64,000 nucleotides of DNA, taken from contig OX597828.1 in the NCBI GenBank assembly GCA_951406725.2, forward strand, positions 57,102,001-57,166,000, in the 5' to 3' direction. Within the stretch, counting starts at the first letter, position 1. Each line of letters starts with the position of its first letter. This DNA is from Octopus vulgaris. Its lineage: Eukaryota. The translations under genes and the position numbers were made by a program. The notes below the pieces were generated by a model. That model worked only from the letters and a program-made list of their open reading frames with translations. It was not told the DNA's origin and did not search any database. Of the stretch, positions 51,416 to 64,000 are shown one piece after another.

Positions 51416-51739
51416 ACCTGGACACCCACCAATCACTGGAATCTAAGCTTGATGGAACTTACAATTGAATGTAAAGAGCAATCTTAAACATATCTTGGGG
51501 AAATCATCCGATCAAGTAACAGTTGTAGAGAGATCTCCTGCCTGTTTTCAGCATTATAAAGGAAAGGCGCTTGTGCTTTGCGGGACATTGCTGGTGAGCT
51601 AAACAAGAGCTGGCAAGTAGCATCCGGCTATGTATATCCGAGCATAGCCGTTATCAAGCTAGTCGTCCGAACAGAACGTTTATAGATCAACTGAGCAGAG
51701 ACACTGGGCGACTCACTGAAGATTTCCCTCAACTAATGC

Positions 51740-52020
51740 ATGTCCTTGTAAGCTATCTGAAGCATGACAGCTGTTTTGGCCGCCAGCAGAATACCGATTT
51801 TCACGGAGGCACGTACTTTCTTCGTTTCAACCATCACAAAACTCGACGAACAGGGGAAAGCACTGCAACACAAAGACAAACCACGTGGCAGCACGATTTT
51901 GCAGGACAACGCAGGTCGACAGACGGATGCTTGAGGGTGGCATCTAGCGGCAGAAGCCTGAACTCCAACGAGCTTGTCCCACAGAGAACGTTTCCGGTTA
52001 CATTTGGGCACCTCCTTGTG
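51740..52020 (-). mobile_element. Mariner 5' end fragment
   Basis: MVETKKVRASVKIGILLAAKTAVMLQIAYKD resembles a mariner transposase N-terminus, preceded by a GC-rich leader. Confidence 0.5.
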
Positions 52021-52406
52021 TATATAAAAATATAAGTATGTAAGAGTGTAATAATACATTTTACTATTGAGTGTAATAATACATTTGACTATTGATATTG
52101 TTTCCATTAGCGTCAAACTGGCTTTATACTTAAACACTAACATATCACAGAAACGGTTTTAGATAAAGCGAAATGCATTCACGCGTAACATTGATAAACA
52201 TCTCACGAACCTCGATATATTAGGCATATGCATAATTTAATCCTTATAATCACACCCAACTTAGAACCAATAAGAGATCCATATCAAATCTAAATATCTA
52301 TGCAACACAATATCTCTCACTCTTTCTTTATCTCTCTCTTTCTCTCTATATGTGTGTGAATGTTTGCTTTTATAGGTGTGTATTAATGCATGAATACATG
52401 CATATA

Positions 52407-52455
<49 letters not shown>

Positions 52456-52458
<3 letters not shown>

Positions 52459-52598
52459 TAGGAGTGGCTCTGTGGTAAGAAGCTTGCTTGCGAACCACGT
52501 GCGTGGCACTTTGGGCAAGTGTCTTCTACTATAGCCTCCGGCCGACCAGAGCCTTGTGAGTGGATTTGGTAGACGGAAACTGAAAGAAGCCCGTCGTA

Positions 52599-52665
<67 letters not shown>

Positions 52666-52962
52666 CTAAAAATAAGGGTGTCTAAGAGACACCATGCCGA
52701 AATAGCAGTCAAAATCCTGACTCTAAAAACCACGTTAAATGTTCATATCGTACCATGAGATAAGACAGAGGGACAAAATAGACTGACAAAAAATATTATT
52801 GAATAATTCAAGATCCAGGATTTCTGGTTTTGTTTTAAATAAGCTTTACCGTCATCGGTTGAATTTTTTGTTATTTTTTTAGTTGTAAAAAAATTATTAC
52901 CTTTGTACGGTATTTTTTCCATGATGGCCACTTGATAATATCGATATTATCCTTATTTATAA

Positions 52963-53029
<67 letters not shown>

Positions 53030-53254
53030 TGTGTCTGTGTTTGTGTGTCTGTGTTTGTCCCCCAACATCGCTTGACAACCGATGCTGGTGTATTTACGTC
53101 CCCCGTAACATCATCGGTTCGGCAAAAGAGACCGATAGAATAAGTACTAGGCTTACAAAGAATAAGTTCTGGGGTCGATTTGCTAGACTAAAGCGGTGCG
53201 CCAGTATGGCCACAGTCACATGGCTGGAAGAGTAAAAAGTGTACAGTAAAGAGT

Positions 53255-53255
<1 letters not shown>
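52456..53255 (+). mobile_element. SINE family A split by an insertion in its internal (TA)n
   Basis: The 5' half (52456-52600) and 3' half (52997-53255) match 63031-63454. An unrelated 52662-52965 segment lies between TA tracts. Confidence 0.85.
52805..52865 (-). ncRNA. Variant type I hammerhead motif (CCGAUGA core)
   Basis: Minus strand: AAUUCAA-CCGAUGA-CGGU...ACCA-GAAA-UCCUGGA-UC-UUGAAUU. Perfect 7-bp stem I, a U4C core change and one stem II mismatch. Confidence 0.55.
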
Positions 53256-53307
<52 letters not shown>

Positions 53308-54262
53308 CAGAAATTGTATAAGATGTAGGTTCAGAAAACCGTGTGGCTGTCACATAAAACACCCCTCACGGAATCGGTTCCTAGTCTACATCGTAAGCAG
53401 TTACACACCAGTGTCCATGTAGTGTCCATGTAAATGGAAGTATAGAAAATTCGATCGTTGAAATTATTGAAAGAGAAGAATACACAACCATAAAATCAGG
53501 ACGTTTGTAAGGCGGATACATATCTATTTAAAATGATCGTTTCCATAGAATACGGCGTCTCGAAAATTAGCTGTAGTATTATTTTCAGCATGGAAGAAAT
53601 TATGCGTACACGTTTGGGTATAAGCTCAGCATTATACAATACAATTGTACGTACAATAATTAGTGCAGATAGAGAAAAGTACTCATAAGATCCCCCCCTC
53701 CGAACAACATGGTACAACTAACAATTCTAATCTTAATATGCACAGATTTCCTTTCTATATATACAATGAATGGAACACCGAAATTCAACAAAGTTAGAAT
53801 GATGAGGTCAGCTAAAATAAATAATGTAGGAAGTATATAAAATATAACCATATGATATAAATAAAATTATAATCAGAGGAATTATAAAGAATTGTAAGCG
53901 AGGAATGAAGCAGCAGGAGATTTAAAGATTTCATAGAAATATTTGGATGAATGGTCGGTGAAGTAAAACCAAGACGTATTCAACAAGAGTAAACTTCTAT
54001 TTAGCGTTAACAAGTCGGCAAAAATCTCGCAAAAGATATTTCAATTTACAAGAATTTTATTCAGAGACAGACTTCATATCAAATATACTTACTAGCAGAT
54101 TGAACGGGTGTTAGTATACACATAACAGCACAGAAAGGAGGCATATACACCAATATATTAGTATAAAAATGCACACACACGTATATGATCACAAAAGCCC
54201 TCACAGGTACACACACATATATAGACATTCACACACTCGGACTAATATATATCAACTGATAT

Positions 54263-54329
<67 letters not shown>

Positions 54330-55146
54330 TATATACAGGGAGGGAAATGAGGTGGCAAATATACTGTCGTCTAAATTAAGCAAAAGTGCAAATGACGCTG
54401 ACATCTAATTTTAATAGATACATTTACCTAATTACATAAAAAAATATCTGAAAATAGTAAAGAGAGAAATTTATTCAATAAAATCGCCATAGGTTACAAC
54501 ATAGGTTACGCACATACTCACACCAACATAGATACACACACATAAGGACACACACATATACATATATATTCATACATATAATCCTAGATACCATTTATAT
54601 ATACGATTCATTAAAAAATATTTAATAATAACATGCGGCAGATTCAATGTAATAGAAGTGTTTAATCTCCTTAGCTACTGGCACGTATTCCATCTGCCTC
54701 TCTCTCTTCTATCTTGTCAAAGAAATATTATATATATATATATATCCATACATATAGATAATAAATATATAAATTTAGATATAAATATATTTATAAGTAG
54801 ATATATAAAGTATATATATGTGTGTGTGTGTGTATGTGTGTGTATGCATGTATGTATGTAATGTATGTATATATAAATGTGTATAAATGTGAGTTTCAAA
54901 TGCCGGAGCTAAAGGTTTCGAGGTATTTTCATCGGCTATTTTGACGATAGACGCTATGAAAAAACCCTTGAATGAAAGGGAAGTTACTCTAATAAGCAGG
55001 AAAACATATATAATGTATAAATTATATTTTAAAAAATCAAGTATATAAAAGTGTATAAAAATACACACATCCACATTCGCAGAATAGATAGAAACCTTCT
55101 GCTTTCTTGAAATCAACATCTGTATATACACACACAGACATATATG

Positions 55147-55187
<41 letters not shown>

Positions 55188-55194
<7 letters not shown>

Positions 55195-55276
55195 TAGTTA
55201 TCGCCATACTATTATGGTAGTCTATAAATATAAGAGTAAGGCTGTCGCTGATTAGTATGGCGATAACTATTAATAT
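55188..55276. repeat. 24-bp perfect inverted repeat between (TA)n tracts
   Basis: ATATTAATAGTTATCGCCATACTA ... TAGTATGGCGATAACTATTAATAT. Confidence 0.85.
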
Positions 55277-55545
55277 CCAGTAAAGCTGCCGTAATCTCCT
55301 TTAGAGATACTTAGTTAATTTTATTATTTCTATTATATATATATATATATATGTATATATAAATATATATATATGTATATGACATCACAATCAAGGAACG
55401 GCCATAATAGGCCATTCACCCACTAGAAATAACAGCCAAAAGCTTTAACCGCAAAATAACATTAATACCGTAAACCAGGAGAAAATTGAAAAACTTTTAC
55501 CCTGTAATTTCTTATATGTATATGTATATGTATATATAAATATGC

Positions 55546-55586
<41 letters not shown>

Positions 55587-55844
55587 TAGATATGCCCATA
55601 CACACTTTTTTACATGCTCATATACACATCTCTCTACTCACACACGCATATACTTATACATGTATATGCATATATATGCATAAATATAGACACACACATA
55701 CGTATATATGCATACGCAACTTTATCCTCGCATAGATGTATGCCTACATTTATACTAGACATTTATACAAATAAATACACTCATACACAAACATAAGCAT
55801 ATACATATATTCATACTCGTGCAGGCATACATTCGCACACGCTG

Positions 55845-55958
<114 letters not shown>

Positions 55959-55980
55959 TGTGCTTATGTATAGAAAATTT

Positions 55981-56518
55981 TCCATTAGACATTTTGCAAC
56001 AAGTATGGACTTGACAGAGCAAAAGAGTGGTACGAACATAAACCCGTACACATCATCGAAAATGACAATGCAAAGGTCCTAAGGGATTTTATGATTCAGC
56101 ACGACCATGAGATAGAGAATAGGAAACCAGACACAGTGTTAATTGTGAAAGAAAGCAAGCGATGCTGGATCATAGATATAGCATGCCTAGCTGACAACAA
56201 AGGATGCGATAAAGAAGAAAGAACATTCGAAAGATATAACAGGTTAGCCTGGTAAGTTAGCATGCGAAGTCGATGAAAAATGCTGTAGTACTACCAACAA
56301 ATGTCGGAACCCTGCGAACAGTGAGTAAAAATCTTGGAAAATACATGGAACAAATAGCGGCTGCAATAAGAGTAGAGCATTCAGAGAAAACTGCACTGCG
56401 TGGAACAGCACGAATGCTCCTGGTGGTGTTCGAAAATGAGTAGTATCACGTAGTTCACGGGTAGTGAACAGCTGACACCGTAGAACATCTCCAGCGTTAG
56501 AAGCTGTAGAAACACAAT

Positions 56519-56520
<2 letters not shown>
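55981..56520 (+). mobile_element. R4/Dong-like non-LTR retrotransposon 3' fragment (restriction-like endonuclease domain)
   Basis: KYGLDRAKEWYEHKP...ENDNAKVLRDFMIQHDHEIENRKPDTVLIVKESKRCWIIDIAC...KTALRGTARML, then a short 3' UTR and (TAA)n at 56520-56580. Confidence 0.85.
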
Positions 56521-56564
<44 letters not shown>

Positions 56565-56599
56565 TAATAATAATAATAACAACAACAACAACAACAGCA

Positions 56600-57690
56600 G
56601 CAACAATAATGATTTCCTTTATTTGCCACAAGGGCGAACGATGAGGCGGACAATACAAAGACAGACATAAGGCGTGGGGATTTACATATAAAGAAATGAT
56701 ATAAAAAAGAGAAAGAAAGAAATCAAGTATACACGGTACACACTGAAAACGAAGGAACATATGCAAAGCATACAAAGGTTTTAAGCAAAAATAATGGAAA
56801 AAAAACCGTAGCGGTGTGATGATAGAGATATGGTTCTCTGGATACAGGAAGGCCTCTAAGAACCGACATTTCGCTGAAACCCCAAGAGCAAGTGCCATCT
56901 CCATTTCCTTCTTTCCGACTCTCAGATCTACATTTAGAGGGGTAGTATCCACTTTTACCACTTTCACAACTTTCATCCACCTTTCAATATACTCATATGA
57001 GGACACCACCTCCCTCTCCATTCTCCATTTTCTGTTCAAGTAAACTTTTTAGAAGTTAAAGAGAGCTCTATCTGCCCGATGGAGGGAATGCGGCGGTGCG
57101 ATCATCATTACAGACACAGCCTAGAGACAGATCTGCCCCTCTAAAGACAAAGGCTGTTCGACATAACCCCACAAGTCAACAATATCCAGACACTGGTCGA
57201 GGGCGTGCATAACAGTTTCGTCACTCTCTTTTGTATCTCATACAAGCCCGTTTGACAGCGCATCCGTGCCTGTAGAGATTATCTCGAACCAGCGGCGCAT
57301 ACTCGGTAGAACTTCCAGGCCAAGGACATCTAGAAATTATCCTTGATAATTCCCGACCGGAAAGACCCCCGGAAAGTCCTAGCCGGTTCGTTCTCTTCTA
57401 TGCCCAAATTTTCACCGAGAACGTCGTCGCATTTGTCCGCCACTAATCCTATATAAAGTTTTAAACCGAAGCATCTATGTATCTCATTGCCCGACTGATA
57501 GAGTTCTGTGAGTGCCTGACGACATTCAAGATGCCAGGCGCCCAGTCTTGGTCTTTTCTTTTCCCAGAACTGCAATTCCGTCAAGGAGACAACCTTCAGA
57601 AAGGCGAGACCCACAAACGAAGCACACACGCTAGCCTGACTTCTTATCTGTATTTGTTGTCCGTCACTGGTTGACAACTGGTGTTCCTTT
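56600..57690 (-). mobile_element. L1/Tx1-like LINE 3' fragment, decayed
   Basis: DNF.MSLAW...SDETVMHALDQC..IVDLWGYVEQ (zinc-knuckle region)...MEREVVS...ERWMKV followed by a T-rich 3' UTR. Confidence 0.65.
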
Positions 57691-58599
57691 GACCACGTCG
57701 ACTTAAATTGTGCAAAAATGATTCAGAGAATATGCACCAGAATGGCAAAATGTATTACTGGGGTTAATTCTTTCGACTAAATCCTGTCTTGGTTTGCTCT
57801 TGTGTAGCCGCCGTGTAATGATTGAAATAAATAAATATAAAAGATGGCATGTGTATCCAATTGCGTGTGTGGATGTGTTCTTAGTGTGTGTGTGTGCGTG
57901 CGTACGTATATGTGTATGTGTGTGTGAGTGTGTGTGTGTGTGTGTGTGTGTTAGTGTGTGTGTGTGTGTGTGTGTGTGTACATTTCTGCATGCAAATTCA
58001 GGCAAGTTATTTTTGTGTATATAAAACAGAAGTGTTTGTCATTTTCTACATCGCAGTAAAATTTGTTACAAAACACGCCGCATGATCAAAGGATAGGAAA
58101 GAGTGTTTCGCGTATAGTTTCAATTTATGATACATCACCATTTTATGTGCAGCATATTTTATCAGAAAATAATGACATGATTCTTCATATACCGGGCTAA
58201 TATCTTCACGGATTCTCAGCATAAGAGCAGATGTTCAATAAGGAAAGTAGGTCTAATGTGGAAATAATATACACATTTCTCGAATATATAAAAATATGAA
58301 TGATAAATATATAAAAGAGAAATTATAAATGTAACAACAATTCTGTCAGTATGGGGAAACAGAAGAAGTTGATTTTGAGAACGGTTGTTTGTTGAGTAAT
58401 ATTTTGAAATATACCAGCTGTATTAAAATGTTACATGTGGCATGTTTGTAGCACGAATGTAGCAAGTACAACATGAGTTTAACACAGTGGCAGATTAAAA
58501 AAAAAAGGTATTAGGTAGAGGGAAACATGGTACGCTGCCACCATTTCATCCGAAGTGGGAACTCATCATCTGCTCGGTCATAGATTTACCCGCTAGAAC

Positions 58600-59160
58600 A
58601 CGGCCTTTAAGGTGTTTCAGTCGAATATGTCGTGATCCCACGACATATTCTTTGTAAGTCTAGTACTTATTCTACCAGTCTCTTTTGCCGAACAGCTATG
58701 TTACGTGGACATAATCATACAAATACTGGTCATCAAACGATAGCAAACATATTATAAAATAAATATATACTTACACACACACGCACACACATATATATAT
58801 AGTTATAGTGTATTCCGCTGAGAACGTAGAGTACATTACAAAGCCCATCCACTTTCTGATTCCATTAGTAGTTGTATTATATGTACTTCCAGGCTGCGCT
58901 TGGGCATCTGTCCTGTGTGAATAGTGTGTGAAATGAAAAAGTTTGAACTCTAATTTTTTTCATATATATATATATATGTATATGTATACGAGGTGCTTCT
59001 TTCAGTTTCCAACTACCAAATTCACTCACGAGGCTTTTATCGGCCAGAGGCTATAATAGAGAACACTTGCTCAAGTTGCCCCTCGTGCTGTGGAACGGAG
59101 CCTGGAAAATGCTGTTGGAATGAGAGTTTCTTACCATACAAGCACGCCTGCCCTTATCCA
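58600..59160 (-). mobile_element. Decayed, interrupted SINE family A
   Basis: AGTACTTATTCTACCAGTCTCTTTTGCCGAAC (58662) and CTTCTTTCAGTTTCCAACTACCAAATTCACTCAC (58996) match the 8533-8945 copy. Confidence 0.7.
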
Positions 59161-59529
59161 CACAGTCACATATATGTGTGTGTGTATAATCTATATATAC
59201 ATACATACATACACACGCATACATGCATACAAACAAACAGACAGACAGACATTCATGCATACATACATCTTTGTACATATGTAAGTACTAATTTCATTTG
59301 GATGTTAACTCTGGCGCATACACTAACCACGAAAGTTCAAATCACGAATTGATTTTTATTTCACCATTAAAGGTTATACAAAGAAGGGACAGAAACGGTG
59401 TCGGAAGGATTCACAACGAAGTTAAAATGTAATGAGAATATAGAATGTAATGGATGATAATGATAAAGTGAGGGACGCGTGTGACCTCTGAAACCACGTT
59501 CCGCCACTGAACATATTATGACCCTTTTT

Positions 59530-59790
59530 GTTCTCCCTTAAGCAGGAACATCCACTCTCAAAATGCTTGCCACGTTCGTCCATCCTTTCTCATATATACT
59601 GATTGCCAAGCATCTGCTATTCAGCCTTTTTTTTCCTTTTAGGGTGGAAAATGAAAAAAACAGTTTACCAAACACAGGCTGGAGTTGAAGATGCCTGTCT
59701 CTACTCCTTTCAGGTGTGTTCTCCATATAAACTCTTTTCACACAGCCACTACAGAAAGAAAACAGACCTCCCGTTCCCTGTTCAGAGAGG
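59530..59790 (-). mobile_element. Tx1-like LINE C-terminal remnant
   Basis: NREREVCFLSVVAV.KEFIWRTHLKG and GWTNVASILRV resemble the C-terminus seen at 56900-57100. Confidence 0.45.
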
Positions 59791-60664
59791 ATAGTGAAAC
59801 AATCTTTATTATTGACTCGGAAGACAGTTGTAATCTTCCAAAAATGACAACATTGGTTCAACATAAACCCACAATCCAAAATTTTCGGAAATCACTCAAA
59901 GATTACTGTTTGAACAACATCGAATCTATCTAGATTTTCAATCAAAAAACGTTAACTACACCCATACAACCCTTCTTTAATGAATGTAAAATAATAAAAT
60001 GCAAGACCGGGAAATGCAGTTATGATTTTTACTGAAAGTGAAAAGCAGCTTCTGGGTTTTCAATTAAAAACGTTGACTACTACAAAAAGTTGACCACACA
60101 ATTTGACCATACAAGAACCAGACCTCTTTATATTACCTACATTAATGAATACAAAAGAATAAAGAAACAAGACATGGAAATGCAATTATAATTTTTGCTG
60201 AAGAAAGTAAAAAACAACACATAGCTCTTCAAATAGAAACCTTAACCAATTCAAATACAAAAATTCTTTTTCCTTCCACACCCTAAAATATCACTAATTA
60301 TGAAAAAAAAATCTGACCATACTACTACAAAAGCCATACCTCTTTAACTCCCCTCCTTCTCAAACTTTTTTTCTTTTCTTCTCCCTTGCTTGGCAAACTG
60401 CACAAGTTTTTATATATATAAAAAAAGGCGAAGAAATTTAAATTGTAAACCACTTTTTTATAAATCCGATAACGGAAGAAAGCGCTATAAGTGCAAATAA
60501 AATGTAAATAGAAATATATATAATCATCCAAAGGTCTGACCTTATTATTCTAAATATGCAATACCTGAACATCACATGAAAAATCTCTGTCTCTTTCTCT
60601 CTCATTCTCTCTCTCTCTCTATGTATATATATATATATATATACACATATATATATGCTCTTTC

Positions 60665-61270
60665 ACTCTGTTACTCATTTATTCGTTTCAGCAATGCAGC
60701 CGCAGTCATGCTGGAGCATCCCTACGATCTTTCCGACTTTCTCAGTCTGGGTATTTCGTATCACCACTCGTGTATAGGCCTTTGCTCCAGCTGTTGGTAC
60801 ATTTGGTTTATAAGGGACTTTGATTCCCTTGCCATCGCCTGTAACTCGGTAACTCATGTGGGTTGTTGGTTCATCCGGTATTGTTGAGAGGAAGATGTCT
60901 AGTTCCTTTTAGAAGACATCTACTTACACCTCATGCAAATTTCTTAATTTTTTTTTTTTTTTTTTGTGGGGGAGGCATTGAATAGGTATGGGTCTTTGAA
61001 CCCTACACTATTGCTGTGCCTAGTCCCGAATTTAGATGGAGTAGATGGTACCTTTGGTACAATACAATGGCGGCCAGTTCTGGCGTTTGTATAACACTCA
61101 ATGCCAAATTTAGGTATTAGACCTTCTATGATCTTCCATATGTGTTCCATTGCACATCTCTCACGCCTTCGCTTCAGGGAGTAAAGCTGTTGTTTTCTCG
61201 CCCTATCCTTGTGGCTCATCCGCTGCACTATTTCAATCTTTTTAGTGTAGAGGCGTTGGGCTGCTTCAAG
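60665..61270 (-). mobile_element. CR1-like LINE 3' fragment with intact-looking 3' tail
   Basis: LEAAQRLYTKKI...LYSLKRRRER...IWKIIEGLIPKFG...RTGRHC...LFNASP...IPDEP. It ends GATGCTCCAGCATGACTGCGG...CTGAAACGAATAAATGAGT. Confidence 0.8.
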
Positions 61271-61271
61271 C

Positions 61272-61311
<40 letters not shown>

Positions 61312-62472
61312 ATTTATATATATATATTGCTTCTCATGTTTTTAATGTTCTGTTTAGGCTACTGCGTTCCAGACTATTAGGAAATAGTGTTTAGCGTCAA
61401 CCGTAGCTTTGTGTAAAATGTCACTCACATCTGTAGTACAATACATTTAGTTCAGCTTGACTGTCGTGTTACTCCAACCATTTTGGACCAAATGTAATCT
61501 AAATACAGACATAGATCGGCTACAGCTATGTAAAAATCAGACAGGAATTGCTATTGCTCTCCAGAGATTAAACCCCGCCATAGACACACGCAAAGCTCTT
61601 TTTTCCAATTCTGACAGAAACGAATAGGTTTACGGTATCCCACCTCTTGAAAGTAGACACACATTTTTTGAATAATTTAATTGTTCTTTTGGTGTATACT
61701 GTACTTAGCTTGCTGGGTTATACTTCAGTTCTTTTGGTGGGTTTATATCGATATTCCGTTTCACTTTGTTATTACACAAACACCGCCAGTGTTTTCTGTT
61801 CCAGTTTTCAATTTTCCTTTCATTTTGCTTTCAGTGATGTATGTCATACTATGCATTAAGTCTTCAATAAGAAATATTTTCAATATTTTCTGAAAGATTT
61901 AGCAGTCTGAATAATAGACTTTCAATATCCCAGAAATTTATTGCACAAACTTCAATATATTATATTTCAGGGCCATATCTGCAATAGGAATACGCTTGCA
62001 TAATGATAAATCGGATAAAAATGCTCATATGAAAATACTTTGAAGAATAAAAACGAAAAAATGTCACTGACATCTCATGATTCCATTCTCAAATTCTATT
62101 CATGCTTTTAGAGCTAATATTCAAATAACATCCATAGAATCATTATCCTTATACAAAAGTACCCAGCGAATTTGAAGGAGAGTATAAACAGATTCATGAG
62201 GAAAAAAATTTGAAATATCATACACAAAAGGTCTTTGCCGTTTCAAATATGACGTATAGTAGAAGAAAAGGATTTTGTACTACACACATAAATATACATA
62301 GAGCAGATATGTAGGAAAATTATGTGGATAAACCAGTTCACCACAACAGATCGGGTTTCATATGCAATACACCCACGCACACACACGCAAACACACGCAC
62401 ACACACGCATATATATAAGTATATATGCAAACAGAAAGGAAGCAAAGACTGAAGATTTTCAATCAATGGATA

Positions 62473-62817
62473 AAAAAAAAGACCCCCTTCGGTCATGAAT
62501 GACCATGGGATTGCACCTAGAAAGTTACCCTCCTAGACACAAGTCCGGGCAAGGTTGTTTATGGAAGACCAGCAGTCACCCATGCATACCGGCCTCCCCT
62601 CTCCTTGCCACCAGTGTTATCCAAGGGAAAGGCAAAGGGGCCGATACAGCTTGGCACCAGTGACGTCGCAACTCATTTCTACAGCTGAGTGAACTGGAGC
62701 AACGTGAAAAATAAAGTGCGTTGCTCAAGAACACAACACGCAGCCCGGTCCGGGATTCGAGCTCACAACCTCACGATCGTAAGCTCGACGATCTAACCAC
62801 TGAGCCATGCGCCTTCA
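62473..62817 (-). mobile_element. tRNA-derived SINE (family C) with a 13-bp target-site duplication
   Basis: Near-identical to 9834-10170. TSD CAATCAATGGATA at 62460-62472 and 62818-62830. Confidence 0.92.
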
Positions 62818-63030
62818 CAATCAATGGATATTTAAATATAAATATGTAGATAGTTTATATATTAATTGATCAAATTTACGCAGAAAACAAACCATAGAGA
62901 AAATTATAGGAGAGGTAAAATAAGGCGTTTTAAATCCCTCAGTTGTTTCTGTGGACTCGGAGATCCACCATAATATTGGCATATGTAGTGCACCGAAATA
63001 TACAGCCAATAATGGAAACAAATTAACATA

Positions 63031-63195
63031 GGCGCAGGAGTGGCTGTGTGGTAAGTAGCTTGCTAACCAACCACATGGTTCCGGGTTCAGTCCCACTGCG
63101 TGGCATCTTGGGCAAGTGTCTTCTGCTATAGCCCCGGGCCGACCAATGCCTTGTGAGTGGATTTGGTAGACGGAAACTGAAAGAAGCCTGTCGTA

Positions 63196-63234
<39 letters not shown>

Positions 63235-63454
63235 TTGTGTGCTTGTGTGTCTGTGTTTGTCCCCCTAGCACTGCTTGACAACCGATGCTGGTGTGTTTAC
63301 GTCCCCGTAACTTAGCGGTTCGGCAAAAAGAGACCAATAGAATAAGTACTGGGCTTACAAAAGAATAAGTCCCGGGGTCGAGTTGCTCGATTAAAGGTGG
63401 TGCTCCAGCATGGTCGCAGTCAAATGACTGAAACGAGTAAAAGAGTAAAGAGTA
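63031..63454 (+). mobile_element. Full-length tRNA-derived SINE (family A)
   Basis: GGCGCAGGAGTGGCTGTGTGGT head, GGTTCAGTCCC B box, internal microsatellite and (AAAGAGT)n tail. Confidence 0.92.
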
Positions 63455-64000
63455 TTGAATATATCGAACCTCCACCATGAGAGTAACCAGCGGATTGGTC
63501 CCTCGTAAAGTCATTGAAGTCTAAGTTCGAATCATCTGAACGCTTCCAAGTGTCTCCTATATCTAGAATATCTGAATCTCATGTGTTGACAAATTATAGA
63601 AAGATACATATTGATGAAAACAGGCATGCATTTATGCTCGTATATGTATATTACGAGTTACATGTATCTGTCGTATTAGTGGTATTTCATTTAGTACGCT
63701 ATAAGTAAAATGATATAAACTACATGTACATAGCTATACTGAATAATACGGTTGTAGGAAATCAGAAACAGGAATTCAAGTTTTCAGGGCAAAAATAGGA
63801 TTATCATAGCACCTGTCTAATATTTGGTTTTCATTTTCGTATTTTAACCGGGTTTACAACAGGTGAAGAAGTGTAGCGCTCATCAGTCCTGTTTGTAAGT
63901 CCCCATAATCCTGTATTTCCGAAAATATTGAGGTCTTCCCCTTTAGTGATCAGACGCGGTTTGTCTGTATACGCACATATATTTTCGTACTGTTATTAAT

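Noticed and set aside
54905-54940. CCGAUGA...GAAAC on the minus strand
   Set aside because: No stem II and a non-canonical core.
58623-58650. 12-bp hairpin as a terminator
   Set aside because: Eukaryotic context; it lies inside a decayed SINE and is likely a small template-switch scar.
63830-63895. CUGAUGA...GAAA on the minus strand as a hammerhead
   Set aside because: Stems II and III do not pair.

Overview
AT-rich, microsatellite-dense eukaryotic DNA whose gene and repeat content points to an octopus genome; the species cannot be determined from the sequence. The left half (1 to about 30,300) is a head-to-tail, minus-strand tandem array of intronless Cys-loop (pLGIC) subunit genes. They resemble cephalopod chemotactile receptors: the ACh aromatic box and loop-C vicinal cysteines are lost, and the cation-type GEK pore motif is kept. 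There are three intact genes (992-2140, 16922-18061, 27144-28283) and three disrupted copies (about 7925-9425, 14965-15815, 19225-19624), all in recognisable duplicated flanks. The right half has no supportable intact gene. It holds decayed mariner, CR1, RTE, Tx1, R4/Dong-like and SINE elements. It also holds several (TA)n-embedded, inverted-repeat fragments carrying minimal type I hammerhead ribozyme motifs typical of Penelope-like elements, including a perfect 157-bp inverted repeat with one intact-looking ribozyme on each strand (39627-39980). All alignments and counts were done by eye; no database searches were run.
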